24,000 bases of DNA, from NCBI RefSeq assembly GCF_000296215.2, contig NZ_CP013949.1, positions 7,298,248-7,322,247 on the forward strand, written 5' to 3'. This DNA is from Bradyrhizobium sp. CCGE-LA001. Lineage in GTDB: Bacteria; Pseudomonadota; Alphaproteobacteria; Rhizobiales; Xanthobacteraceae. This document shows, one piece after another, positions 7,112 through 16,105 of this stretch. Below the pieces are notes generated by a model. It worked only from the letters and a program-made list of their open reading frames with translations. It made no database searches and had not been told where the DNA came from. How positions within the stretch are numbered: position 1 is the first letter of the stretch; every line of letters starts with the position of its first letter. The position numbers were made by a program, and so were the translations under genes.

Positions 7112-9664
7112 ATGGTCGCTGGGGGCGCCAGGCAGCGCCGCCATGGCTGATCGCGGTCCTCCTTCACCGAACCTATAGACCATGCCGATCTTTCCGGTGT
7201 GGAAGTCGGCGTTGATCTGGCGAGTGGTGCTGTCGGTGGAGAGAGAGGTGCTGGAAGATCCGGTCGATTGCGTGCTCGATGCGAAGTTGCTGCCTTCGTT
7301 GCGGCCAAAGCCGTAGTGCGTATAGCGATATTCGCCGCGCAGCGACCAGTTGCCTGTCAGCTTCACCTCGCCGCCGGCGCCCAACGTGTAGCCGGCCACC
7401 CACTTGCCGTTGGCGCCGCCGCTGCTGAAGTCCCCGTCAGCGTAAGTGAAATGTCCCAGCGCCAGGCCACCGAGGCCGTAGAGCAGCACGTTCGGCGTCA
7501 CCAGATATCCGGCCCGGCCGATGACGCCGACGTTCGAACGCAGTTGCTGCTGGGTCCGGTTGCCGGCCGTTTGCGAGCCTGAAGACGTCGAGGTGACGGC
7601 TCCGTTCGAGGTGTCAACCGAGGTGAATGTGTGAGGGCCGATGGTCTTGAACGTCACGTCGGAAAAGACCGAGCCTTCGATCTGCCCGCCGGCCACGACA
7701 CTTCCGGCGCGCCAATTGTAGCCGGCGAAGAGATCGACCATCGAACCCGTCACGTCGCCGACGGGACGGCCGTTCGTCGATTGGGTGCTGGTGGACGTCG
7801 TGGTCCCGACGATGGTGATCGTGCTGGTGCTGGTGTTGTTCGTCGCGATGGTTTCCGCGGCACGTCCGGCGCCGGCACCGAAATAGGCGCCGATATAAGG
7901 TCCCGCCCAGCCGTCGTTCCAGGCCGGGCTCGGCAGTGCCGCCATCGCCGACCGCGTTCCTGACGCGCCGAATTGATAAACCAGTCCGATCTTGCCGACG
8001 TGGAAATCGGCGTCGATATGCCGCCCGTTGACGGTGCTGTTGGTGGACGTGGTGGTGCCGCCACCTGACACGGATGTCTGCGAGCTGCCCGTCGGCTCGT
8101 TGCCGTCATATCCGAAATGCATGTAGCGGTATTCACCGCGCAGCGACCAGCTGTCCGTCAGCTTGACCTCGCCGCCCGCGCCCGCGACGTAACCAGCCAC
8201 CCATTTGCCGTTCTTGCCGCCGACGCGGACTTCCGAGTCGGGATAGCCGTCGGGATAGGTCAGATGCCCCAGCGCGAGGCCGCCCAGGCCATACAGCAGT
8301 ACACTCGGCGTCACCAGATAACCGGCCCGGCCGATCACGCCGACGTTCGAGCGCAACTGCTGCCGGTCCTCGATCCTGTTCGTCCCTGAGCTTGTCGAGG
8401 TGACGACGCCGTTGTTGGTCGAAACCGAGCTGTATGCCTCGTTGCCGACCGTCTTCGTGGTGACGTCGCTGAACAAGGTGCCTTCGATCTGCCCGCCGGC
8501 CACGACATTGCCGGTTCGCCAGTTGTAGCCGGCGAACAAATCGACCATCGAACCGGTCATATCGCCGGCGAGATTGCCGAATCCCGATTGCGTGAACGCC
8601 GACGTCCCGCCGACAGTGCTGACACTGCCTTCGTCGTCGATTCTCGTGGAGGTCTGTCTTGCGCGCCCGGCGCCGGCACCGAAGTAAGCACCAATATAGG
8701 GTCCGGCCCAGCTGTCACCCCAGGCGCTAGCGAATGAAGCCCCGCGTCCCGCCGGCGGTATCGCCGCCATCGCGGACAGCGGTCCGGAATCACCGAATTG
8801 GTACACCAGACCGATCTTTGCCAGGTGGAAATCGGCATTCGTCCGTGTCGAGGAAGATTCGCTGCTGGTCGAGACAAACGTGGTTGCGCCCGTCGCCGAG
8901 CTGGCCGTTGAGTTGGTGGCTGCGCTCCTGTTGAAGCCGAAATTCAGGTACCGGTATTCGCCGCGCAGCGACCAATTTCCGGTCAGCTTCAACTCGCCGC
9001 CGGCGCCGACCGTGTAGCCGGCCACCCATTTGTTGTTGCCGCCACCGAAAGGATCGGCGCTGTCGGCAAAGGTGAAGTGACCGAGCTCGAGGCCGCCGAG
9101 GCCATACAGCAGCAGGTCCGGACGCGCGAGAAAACCGAGCCGGCCGATCAGCCCGACTCGCGAGCGCAGCTGCTGGTTGCTCTGCACGGTCGCCGAGCCG
9201 GCAGTCGTCGAGGTCACCACACCGAGCAGCACGTTGGTGCTGACACTGTTGAACGTCTGGTTGCCGAACGGCTTCAACGCGACATCGGAAAAGACCGTGC
9301 CTTCAACCTGCCCGCCGGCCACGATATTCCCGGCTTGCCAATTATACCCCGCGAACAGGTCGACCATCGAACCGGTCACGTCGCCCGAAAGAATGCTCGC
9401 AGTCGTCCCGACCAAGGTCGAGTTCGACGTCACCACGCCGGCGTTGGTCGAGAGTGAGCTGTTGGCGAAACTGCCAGTCGAGGAGTCCGTCGCATGTCCG
9501 GCGCCCGCACCGAAATAAGCGCCGATATAGGGCCCGGCCCAGCTGTTGACCCAGGCCGGTCGGGGTGGCGCCTTCACAGTCAGGTCGGCGGCTAGAGCTC
9601 CGGCAGAAACCATGATCGAGGCGCCAGCCAATGAAGCGCCCGTCAGTGATGTCAGCTTTTTCAC
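6362..9664 (-). CDS. Outer-membrane protein with four tandem Omp25/Omp31-type beta-barrel domains
   Basis: ORF annotated to 9877, but a signal peptide (VKKLTSLTGASLAGASIMVSAGALAADLTVKAPP) begins at a GTG at 9664. Four repeats of WAGPYIGAYFGAGAG...GSMVDLFAGYNWRxGNxVAGGQxEG...LRSxVGxxGRxGxLxxPxLLLYGxGGLxLGHFT...GKWVAGYTxGAGGExKLTxxWSLRGEYRYxxF...ADxHxxKIGxVY.F. Confidence 0.9.
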   Translation of the reverse strand: MKKLTSLTGASLAGASIMVSAGALAADLTVKAPPRPAWVNSWAGPYIGAYFGAGAGHATDSSTGSFANSSLSTNAGVVTSNSTLVGTTASILSGDVTGSMVDLFAGYNWQAGNIVAGGQVEGTVFSDVALKPFGNQTFNSVSTNVLLGVVTSTTAGSATVQSNQQLRSRVGLIGRLGFLARPDLLLYGLGGLELGHFTFADSADPFGGGNNKWVAGYTVGAGGELKLTGNWSLRGEYRYLNFGFNRSAATNSTASSATGATTFVSTSSESSSTRTNADFHLAKIGLVYQFGDSGPLSAMAAIPPAGRGASFASAWGDSWAGPYIGAYFGAGAGRARQTSTRIDDEGSVSTVGGTSAFTQSGFGNLAGDMTGSMVDLFAGYNWRTGNVVAGGQIEGTLFSDVTTKTVGNEAYSSVSTNNGVVTSTSSGTNRIEDRQQLRSNVGVIGRAGYLVTPSVLLYGLGGLALGHLTYPDGYPDSEVRVGGKNGKWVAGYVAGAGGEVKLTDSWSLRGEYRYMHFGYDGNEPTGSSQTSVSGGGTTTSTNSTVNGRHIDADFHVGKIGLVYQFGASGTRSAMAALPSPAWNDGWAGPYIGAYFGAGAGRAAETIATNNTSTSTITIVGTTTSTSTQSTNGRPVGDVTGSMVDLFAGYNWRAGSVVAGGQIEGSVFSDVTFKTIGPHTFTSVDTSNGAVTSTSSGSQTAGNRTQQQLRSNVGVIGRAGYLVTPNVLLYGLGGLALGHFTYADGDFSSGGANGKWVAGYTLGAGGEVKLTGNWSLRGEYRYTHYGFGRNEGSNFASSTQSTGSSSTSLSTDSTTRQINADFHTGKIGMVYRFGEGGPRSAMAALPGAPSDHWAGPYLGAYFAAGAGRARQILASTADSAQQNFNGAVQTTDFVGNTTTRGSAAGDTTGSMVDLFAGYNWRAGNIVAGGQIEGTLFSDVAFKMNGEQTSNTRQVLNGVVTTSVNPTAMQASEQLRSNVGVFGRAGYLVTPKLMLYGVGGLALGHFTFPDPGGVNGPNGKWVAGYTAGAGGEFKLTQRWSLRGEYRYLHFDIDRAETRTSSSTQIQGATTILRANADSTSRKTSADLHIAKIGAVYAFCYCD
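7112..7909 (-). repeat. Barrel repeat unit 3 (266 aa)
   Basis: Starts at WAGPYIGAYFGAGAGRAAETIATNN. Confidence 0.85.
7910..8710 (-). repeat. Barrel repeat unit 2 (267 aa)
   Basis: Starts at WAGPYIGAYFGAGAGRARQTSTR. Confidence 0.85.
8711..9541 (-). repeat. Barrel repeat unit 1 (277 aa)
   Basis: Starts at WAGPYIGAYFGAGAGHATD and ends before the next WAGPYIGAYFGAGAG. Confidence 0.85.
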
Positions 9665-9902
9665 CCCAACCCCCCAATTCCAATTCCAATTCCAGAACAA
9701 GAAAATGTTACCGGAAGAGCAGATGAAAAGCCGTTGCGCGCATACAACAAGTTCGACGTTTCGGAGTCGAAGCCGACCTAAGTTATTGATACTTATATGA
9801 AATGCGTCAGGTTGTCGCACTTGGAAGATGCAACTTAATCCTGCACAGCGCGACAACATTGTCGCGCGAGGCCGCATCAGCTCGGCGCCTCATCCCAAAA
9901 CA

Positions 9903-9931
9903 AAAATGGCCCGCATCAAGCGGGCCATTTT
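9903..9931 (-). terminator. Intrinsic terminator, originally that of the tRNA-Met gene
   Basis: 12-bp stem AAAATGGCCCGC / GCGGGCCATTTT, 5-nt loop, followed on the minus strand by TTTTTGTTTT. Sits immediately downstream of the tRNA 3' fragment. Confidence 0.8.
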
Positions 9932-9957
9932 CGTATCGGATCCGGTCAATCCGAATT

Positions 9958-10002
9958 TGGTTGCGGGGATAGGATTTGAACCTATGACCTTCAGGTTATG
10001 AG
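9958..10002 (-). tRNA. Truncated 3' fragment of tRNA-Met(CAT), probably initiator; interpreted as an attachment-site copy
   Basis: Minus strand reads CTCATAACCTGAAGGTCATAGGTTCAAATCCTATCCCCGCAACCA: anticodon CAT, anticodon-stem 3' strand, variable loop, T-arm (GGTTCAAATCC), acceptor 3' strand and encoded CCA. The 5' half is absent. Confidence 0.85.
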
Positions 10003-10131
10003 TATGAATTTCACAGTTTTCTGGAGTTATCCCAAGACCTCTTGCTTTACCTAAGCCACTTAAAATACTAGTGAAATCTAGCATCGCGATTTCCCGAGAT
10101 ATCCTGCCATTCCCGTTACGGTGGCGACTCG

Positions 10132-11391
10132 GTGGCGATTCTGGAGGTCAATGTGCCGGTACTGAAGCTGACGCGGAGAACGATCGACGCAATCGAACCC
10201 GTCGACAAGCAGACCATCTTTTACGACAGCGAATTGACCGGTTTTTGCCTCAAGGTCCTTCCCTCCGGCGTCCAGAGGTGGTGCGTCGAATACCGTAGCG
10301 GCGCCGGCGGGCGGAGCGTCGGCAAGACGCGGATGGTCCTTGGGTCCGCCTCGAGCATGACGCCCGACCAGGCGCGCGCTAGGGCCAAATCAACCCTCGC
10401 TGCTGTGGCTCTCGGACAGGATCCCGCCCGCAAGCGCTCGACCGAACGTGCCATGCCAACCTTTGCCGAGTTTGGCGAGCGCTATCTCAGGGAGGAGGCC
10501 GCGGCAAAACTAAAGCCGCGAACGGTCGTCAACTACCGTATCTACCTGCGTAAGCACGCCGCCCCCCTCCTGGGCACCCGCAAGCTCGATGCGCTCGATA
10601 GTGCCGCCATCTCGAAGATGCACCGGAAGATCGGCAAGGAGACGCCGATGACCGCGAATCGGGTCGTCGAGTTCATCGGATCCGTCTTCCGGTACGCTGC
10701 CGTCTGCGGCCTCGTTACCAAGGGGCACAATCCCGCGAGTCATGTCCAAGCATTCCGCGAGCAGCGCCGCGAACGGTTCCTGAGCTCACCGGAACTAGGC
10801 CGCCTGGGAGACGCCATTCGCGAAGCGGAAACGGTGGGCATTCCGTGGGCTGTGGACAAAGACCAGCCGAACGCGAAGCACATCCCGAAAAACGGTCGCA
10901 CGAAAATCGGGCCTCACGTAGCGGCTGCATTGCGCCTCTTGATCCTCACTGGCGCCCGACTGCGCGAAATCCTCGAGCTCAAGTGGGAGTATGTTGACCT
11001 CCAGCGCGGCCTGCTCCTGCTCCCTGACAGCAAGACGGGACAGAAGGCCATCATTCTCAATGCACCGGCTCTCGACATCCTTGGCAAGATTCCCAACGTC
11101 GATTGCTACGTGATCGCCAGCGATATCAAGGGCCAGCCTCGGCACGACCTGAATAAGCCTTGGAAGCTCGTGAGCACGCGATCAGGCCTCGAAGGCGTAA
11201 GAATCCATGACCTGAGACATACCCACGCCAGCTATGGCGCAGGCGCAGGCTTTGGGCTGCCCATTATCGGGAAGTTGCTTGGCCATTCGCAGCCCGCGAC
11301 CACCGCCCGGTATGCGCATCTGGACAATGATCCGTTGCGGCGAGCATCCAACCAAATCGCAAAGGCACTAGCGGAAGCCATGGGCGACTGA
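10132..11391 (+). CDS. Tyrosine recombinase/site-specific integrase with N-terminal arm-binding (DUF4102-like) domain
   Basis: Catalytic motifs LILTGARLREILELKWEYVD ... IHDLRHTHASYGA ... LLGHSQPATTARYAHL (R..H..R..H..Y). N-terminus KLTRRTIDAIEPVDKQTIFYDSELTGFCLKVLPSG. Start is GTG at 10132 or possibly GTG at 10153. Confidence 0.96.
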   Translation: MAILEVNVPVLKLTRRTIDAIEPVDKQTIFYDSELTGFCLKVLPSGVQRWCVEYRSGAGGRSVGKTRMVLGSASSMTPDQARARAKSTLAAVALGQDPARKRSTERAMPTFAEFGERYLREEAAAKLKPRTVVNYRIYLRKHAAPLLGTRKLDALDSAAISKMHRKIGKETPMTANRVVEFIGSVFRYAAVCGLVTKGHNPASHVQAFREQRRERFLSSPELGRLGDAIREAETVGIPWAVDKDQPNAKHIPKNGRTKIGPHVAAALRLLILTGARLREILELKWEYVDLQRGLLLLPDSKTGQKAIILNAPALDILGKIPNVDCYVIASDIKGQPRHDLNKPWKLVSTRSGLEGVRIHDLRHTHASYGAGAGFGLPIIGKLLGHSQPATTARYAHLDNDPLRRASNQIAKALAEAMGD

Positions 11392-11405
11392 CTCCGGGTG
11401 TCGAC

Positions 11406-12131
11406 GTGTCCTTAAACAACAAAGTGAGTGAGTTCACTGATATGGATGATTCCGACTTTCACCTCGTCCAGCCACCGTTTGCCCAACTAGATGAAGCGCT
11501 ATGGTGGATCGAGTTCAAGCAGATTGAAGAAGCCAAGCGAGACGGTTGGACATCAACACTTGAGAGCGCAAATCGGCTTGAAGCCGCTTTGCTCAATGGC
11601 ACACTTCAGGGATACGGCTCCCTGGATGCCGGGCCTGTGCAGCTCATCCAACAATGGACGTGGACCGAGTTTGAGTTTCTCCCCGCTGATCGCGATGGCC
11701 GGCGCATCGAAAAAAAGGTGGATTATATTCCCCAGTTCATAGTCCGCTCCCTCAAAGCCTACCGCGCGGAGGCGCTTAAAGACTTGAGCCAGCCGGCCTC
11801 CAAGCTCCTGCCAGGCCTGAATGAAAATGAACCTGGGTTTCACAGGGTAATGGACCAAATTGTCTTTCTCGAATGCGATCTGCGGCGAGTATTTCCTACG
11901 GAAATCGTTCAAACTAAAGAAGACCCGCCGCTCGATAAAAAGTACCCCAGGTTCCTAAAGGAAATTGAGGGCGAAAAGTACCTCCACAGTCCCGCGCCGG
12001 TCGGGTTCGACCACGTCTTTGGTCTACTCATTGAGTATTTGGAACGGACGGGGCAGCTCAACTCCGTCGACAGTTCGGTCCGGAAGGGGCTTCAACGCCA
12101 CTACAAGGAATTCAGCAAGCACGGACAATGA
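11406..12131 (+). CDS. Hypothetical protein (~240 aa)
   Basis: Continuous ORF with balanced composition (MDDSDFHLVQPPFAQLDEALWWIEFKQIEEAKRDG...). GTG start at 11406, or an internal ATG (MDDSDFH). No recognised family. Confidence 0.7.
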   Translation: MSLNNKVSEFTDMDDSDFHLVQPPFAQLDEALWWIEFKQIEEAKRDGWTSTLESANRLEAALLNGTLQGYGSLDAGPVQLIQQWTWTEFEFLPADRDGRRIEKKVDYIPQFIVRSLKAYRAEALKDLSQPASKLLPGLNENEPGFHRVMDQIVFLECDLRRVFPTEIVQTKEDPPLDKKYPRFLKEIEGEKYLHSPAPVGFDHVFGLLIEYLERTGQLNSVDSSVRKGLQRHYKEFSKHGQ

Positions 12132-12231
12132 GACAAAGCAAGACATGTCCGCACTTGTCTGAACAGCTCTCTGCTTTCCCCTTGTAGGACTGGGTTGCCG
12201 GCAGCGCGTCGGCAATTCAAAGGGGAAAAAC

Positions 12232-12456
12232 TTGATGATCGAAAAAGCAACCGAGTCGTCCAAATGGCTGACTCGGAAAGAAGCCGCCGCCTACTTGCGA
12301 CTCGGTGAGAGCACGCTTGCAAAGCTGTTTGTCTCTGGCGACGGACCACCGGCCATCAAGATTGGGCGGTCCGTTCGCTATTCTGCGCTCGACCTGAACG
12401 CGTGGATGGGCTCTCGCCGGCGACGCTCGACGTCTGACAGCGGCTCCGCCGCGTAA
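12232..12456 (+). CDS. Helix-turn-helix DNA-binding protein, AlpA/excisionase-like (HTH_17 type)
   Basis: WLTRKEAAAYLRLGESTLAKLFVSGDGPPAIKIGRSVRYSALDLNAWMGSRRR is a classic MerR/AlpA-like minimal HTH signature. Confidence 0.88.
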   Translation: MMIEKATESSKWLTRKEAAAYLRLGESTLAKLFVSGDGPPAIKIGRSVRYSALDLNAWMGSRRRRSTSDSGSAA

Positions 12457-12466
12457 GGTTGGGCCA

Positions 12467-13108
12467 ATGGACGTACGAGCCTTTAACCGCGAGAAGATGC
12501 AGTGGCTCAATGCCATCAGTCTTGAGTGCGAGGTCAACTCTACCGCCTTTCGGGTCGCTTATCTTATTGCCGATCATCAAAATTCAGTGGCTGGATTCGC
12601 TTGGCCATCCCTCGCTCGGCTGGCCGGGAAAGTCTGCCTATCGAATAAATCGATTCAGCGGGCGGTCGGGCAGCTGGAAAGACTGGGATGGCTTGAGGTG
12701 GAGCGAAGAAGGGAGCGTTCTAACCGATATCGCTTGAGATGGCCGCCTGGACGAGCCCCGGCGCCCAGGCCAACCGAAGGCAATGATGCAGACAAAACTG
12801 TCCTCGTGGAGAGACAAGAACGTCTCACCGGAGGGGACAAAACTGTCCGCCAATCCTACTTAACTAAATCCCTTAAAACCTTCTCAAGTCGGCTTGGCGG
12901 AGGAAGGCAAGGAACTCGGTTCGCCGATCAAGGCAAATTCGAAGCTGAGATCATTGGGCGATTTGGACCGGGCATGATCGACGTGCTTGAAAAGCTGAAC
13001 GAGATCGACCCCCGCGCCGTCGAACAGCTTTGCCGGCGGGCGAAAAATGGAACCTTGTCACGCGTCGACATTGCCGCTGCTGAGCTGACCGTGGCGCAAA
13101 ATCAATAG
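12467..13108 (+). CDS. Winged-helix (HTH_36-like) protein, possibly replication or regulation related
   Basis: STAFRVAYLIADHQNSVAGFAWPSLARLAGKVCLSNKSIQRAVGQLERLGWLEVERRRERSNRYRL resembles HTH_36 domains of element-encoded proteins. Confidence 0.75.
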   Translation: MDVRAFNREKMQWLNAISLECEVNSTAFRVAYLIADHQNSVAGFAWPSLARLAGKVCLSNKSIQRAVGQLERLGWLEVERRRERSNRYRLRWPPGRAPAPRPTEGNDADKTVLVERQERLTGGDKTVRQSYLTKSLKTFSSRLGGGRQGTRFADQGKFEAEIIGRFGPGMIDVLEKLNEIDPRAVEQLCRRAKNGTLSRVDIAAAELTVAQNQ

Positions 13109-13117
13109 GACCGAAGA

Positions 13118-13492
13118 ATGACAGAATTTGACGAGATATTGTCGAGAGCGCTCGACGCGGCGCGATATTACTACCCGCGTTTGAGCGCAGAGGTCTATGT
13201 CTTTCCAAAGCCAGCCGATGCGGCGCAGCCGCCCGAACCCGCCGCATCGCAACTTCGCGAAAGGAGCTGCCGCATCGCTATCACATGGGTGGAGAGATTA
13301 TTGACGAATGGCGAGTTTGACAAAGGGGCCATCACGATCAGTCAGTTGCGGTCTCGGATTTTTCGTAGCGACCGCATCTTGATTCCGCGCGAGATCATTC
13401 TTGCGATCGCAGTGTACAAATGCGTTGAGATATTCGTCGGCGGACATGATGTCTGGCTCGGGAAGCTCTGGGATGGACCGGTACCATTTTAG
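13118..13492 (+). CDS. Hypothetical protein (124 aa)
   Basis: Starts 10 nt after the preceding CDS, same strand, plausible ORF (MTEFDEILSRALDAARYYYPRLSAEVYVFPKP...). Confidence 0.6.
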   Translation: MTEFDEILSRALDAARYYYPRLSAEVYVFPKPADAAQPPEPAASQLRERSCRIAITWVERLLTNGEFDKGAITISQLRSRIFRSDRILIPREIILAIAVYKCVEIFVGGHDVWLGKLWDGPVPF

Positions 13493-13732
13493 TTGTCTCT
13501 CGTGCTGCGGGAGGGTTTTTAATGTATCCCACGGCCGCGATGTCGGCGCAGAGACGCGGGAGGCTTCCTTGTCGATGCCAATCGAGGCCGAGGGCGAATG
13601 GGGGGACTGCTTCTCATCTCTAAATTCTAGGTAAGGCCATCACAGAATGTCCCCGTGGGGAAGAAGCTGGTCATCCCGCTTGCGGGTCACATCGTCACCG
13701 AGAACAGTTGTTAGCCCGTCACCTCGGACAGG

Positions 13733-16105
13733 TCAGCGATTGCGTGGACGGAACGTAAAGCGGGCCGCTTCGGCGAAAGCCTGAGCGAAGCGCTCGCTGC
13801 CGGTCTTGCGGTCCACAAAGATTTCATCCTCTCTTTGAAGCGCATTCGCGGAAATATCCGGGCCGGTGTCAGTCGCGCGCGTCTCCGACGGGTCGCGGCC
13901 GGCGGCGGCGACGTATACGGCGCGCAATGCGGTGAGGACGGCGGCTCGCATGCCTTCGTCGTTGAGGCGTTCACGTAACCGGATCTGGGCATCATCTCGA
14001 CCTTCCGCGACGGGTTCTTTGTTAGGAAGGAGACAAGCCACGAGCGGATGGAGGCCATCGGTCGGCAGGTTCTGTCCAGCGATTTCGGCGACCAGCGCCG
14101 CGGTTTCCGTGGTGAGCCCGACCTCGCAGGCGAGAGCAAAAAGCAAATACGGATAGAGCGGTGTCTTGCCGACGCCGCCCGCCTCCAAGTCCGCAATGCC
14201 CGTGGGCCCACGCATCACGCGGATTAGGCGGTAGGTATTGACCAGGCGCTTCAGCCCGCGCGGTGACTTTCCTGCAAGCGGCGCCATGGCCGCCAGCGCT
14301 CGCCGCTCGAATTTTGACATCGTGGCTCGTCGTTGCGCCGCGGTTTGAAATAGCGTGGGATCGGGCGCCACGTCGATCGGCACCATGTTGTCCTGGCCCT
14401 GCTGCCCGCCTTTGTCACCGGCGGCCTGCCCCGGAGAGTCTGCGGGCTCTTCCTCCTGTTTATCGATGCCGCTGACGAATGTCTCGACCATTCCGGGATT
14501 GCTGATGGGCTGCATCCAGATCGGCAGCTGGAAAATCTTTTCAAGGTAATCGGCGACAGTTGCGCCAGCGGGCTGTACCGGTTGGTCGGCATCACCCGGT
14601 TGCCCGGGCACCGCAAGCTGGCCGCTGTAGACCTTGCCGACAGCGCGATGCAGCCAGCGGGCATCGACGGCAACGACTACGACGAAAAGGTCAAAGGCAA
14701 GGAGAAGGTGGATTGCCTGCAGGACCTGCACAACGTGCTGCTCGGAGCAGCGGTCAAGATCGTCGATATAGACGATGATGCGTCGCACCTCGGGAACGTG
14801 GGTGAGATCGGCTACTTTGTCTGCTGCGGGCTTGGAGTTGCCTTCGGCGGGTTTGACCTCCGCCGGCGCTGCCGCACGCTTCTCGTGCATGATCTGCTCG
14901 AGGGTTACGAAGCACCGCCTGACCGTCGCGAGAAGCCCAAGCTTCTTGCGCACCTCGGCAAGCTCCGGCGAGTAGGTAATGAAGTAGCGCAGCAGACCTT
15001 CGCGAGATCGCCCCTCGGCCGCGAGGCTGTAAGAGGCCGCGAACTCCGTTGCCTTCTTCTGCTCGGCGATCATGGCGTCGAGCTTCTCGCGTTCCTTCTT
15101 GACCAACTCAGAGGCTTCGCGCCGCTCATTGTTTAGCTCGGCAGCTCGCTTCTCCTTGCGGGCGAGGAATTCGGCGGCTAGCGAGAGGATCGGCGTCGCG
15201 GTGCCGATCGCGATCGCAGCCGTGCCGATCAGCGTTCCGAGCACAGCAACGGAAGGAAAGGCACTAACGATGTAGGACCAAATCTCCGGGACACGTCCCC
15301 AACCGAGATACCAGACGGCCCCGCCGACTCCGATGGTAAGAACGGCGAGGGCTGCAGTGAGCCCATAGATGATGCCCCGGCTGAGACTGCGGCGCAGCAG
15401 CACGAAGAGCAGCCCGGCGCGGCTCGGCAGATCGAACAACCCCGACAGGAGCGACGCAAGCTTTTCCGGATCGCGCTCGCCGGTCGGTACACCGCACGCC
15501 TGCAACAACTCGTCGAGACGCTTCTTGTGGGCTTCGGCCTTTTCGACTTCGCGCCTCTTGTTCGGGTCCTTTTTGTCTTTATCGCTGAGTTCCTTCGGGG
15601 TTGCTTTTGTGATGAGTTCTTTGGCCATCTCGCCTGCCACGGTCGCTGCCACTGGCTCGTGCTCGAGGCCTACGAGCTTTGTCTCGGCCGCCTGTATAGC
15701 CTCGCGCTGAAGTTCGATAGCGCCTTCTACCAGCGGCGAAGCTTCGGCGTCCCTGCGCAGTCGCTTGGCGATCTCTGTGATCAGGCCGGTCCTAAGCTTA
15801 CCGTCCGGTGCGCGGCCGTCGATGGCATCGGCAAGCTGATCGAACAGCTCTGCTGTAAGGGAAGCCCAGAGGTTTTCGGCATCGGCATGACTCCAAGCAT
15901 CGAAGTTAATCTGCACCACCTTCGGCGCCGCCGGCACACTCGGTTCCGGCGACGTGCGCGCGGCAATTTGATCCTTTAGCAGGCGGATAAGCGTACTCTT
16001 TCCCGAACCCCAAGGACCGAACACTCCAACCGCGACCGGCGGCTTGAGGTCATCGAGCAGTAACAGATCAGCAAGCGCCGCCGCATCGCTCCCGGTGTTG
16101 AGCAA
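13733..16105 (-). CDS. KAP family P-loop NTPase with internal transmembrane helices
   Basis: Walker A VGVFGPWGSGKSTLIRLL, INFDAWSH, Walker B RRIIVYIDDLDRCSEQHVVQVLQAIHLLLAFDLFVVVVAVDARWL, and SPRGLKRLVNTYRLIR. Two hydrophobic segments (IIYGLTAALAVLTIGVGGAVWYL, VAVLGTLIGTAAIAIGTATPIL) lie between Walker A and B. Start is uncertain because the only bacterial start near the 5' end is TTG at 16105. Confidence 0.92.
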   Translation of the reverse strand: MLNTGSDAAALADLLLLDDLKPPVAVGVFGPWGSGKSTLIRLLKDQIAARTSPEPSVPAAPKVVQINFDAWSHADAENLWASLTAELFDQLADAIDGRAPDGKLRTGLITEIAKRLRRDAEASPLVEGAIELQREAIQAAETKLVGLEHEPVAATVAGEMAKELITKATPKELSDKDKKDPNKRREVEKAEAHKKRLDELLQACGVPTGERDPEKLASLLSGLFDLPSRAGLLFVLLRRSLSRGIIYGLTAALAVLTIGVGGAVWYLGWGRVPEIWSYIVSAFPSVAVLGTLIGTAAIAIGTATPILSLAAEFLARKEKRAAELNNERREASELVKKEREKLDAMIAEQKKATEFAASYSLAAEGRSREGLLRYFITYSPELAEVRKKLGLLATVRRCFVTLEQIMHEKRAAAPAEVKPAEGNSKPAADKVADLTHVPEVRRIIVYIDDLDRCSEQHVVQVLQAIHLLLAFDLFVVVVAVDARWLHRAVGKVYSGQLAVPGQPGDADQPVQPAGATVADYLEKIFQLPIWMQPISNPGMVETFVSGIDKQEEEPADSPGQAAGDKGGQQGQDNMVPIDVAPDPTLFQTAAQRRATMSKFERRALAAMAPLAGKSPRGLKRLVNTYRLIRVMRGPTGIADLEAGGVGKTPLYPYLLFALACEVGLTTETAALVAEIAGQNLPTDGLHPLVACLLPNKEPVAEGRDDAQIRLRERLNDEGMRAAVLTALRAVYVAAAGRDPSETRATDTGPDISANALQREDEIFVDRKTGSERFAQAFAEAARFTFRPRNR

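Noticed and set aside
7199-8389. + strand ORFs antisense to the barrel repeats (7199..7582, 7631..7963, 8117..8389)
   Set aside because: Their repeated appearance mirrors the tandem barrel repeats, and their composition is arginine/alanine-rich antisense shadow.
9890-10084. 64-aa minus-strand ORF (...HNLKVIGSNPIPATK...)
   Set aside because: The peptide is simply translated tRNA 3' sequence plus the terminator region, not a protein gene.
13645-13690. Small inverted patterns (CCCCGTGGGG, CCCGCTTGCGGG)
   Set aside because: Arms are only 4-5 bp with 2-nt spacers. This is too weak to support a terminator or attachment site.
12131-13733. Possible CRISPR or satellite repeats in the island's regulatory region
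   Set aside because: No regularly spaced direct repeats could be seen here or elsewhere in the window.
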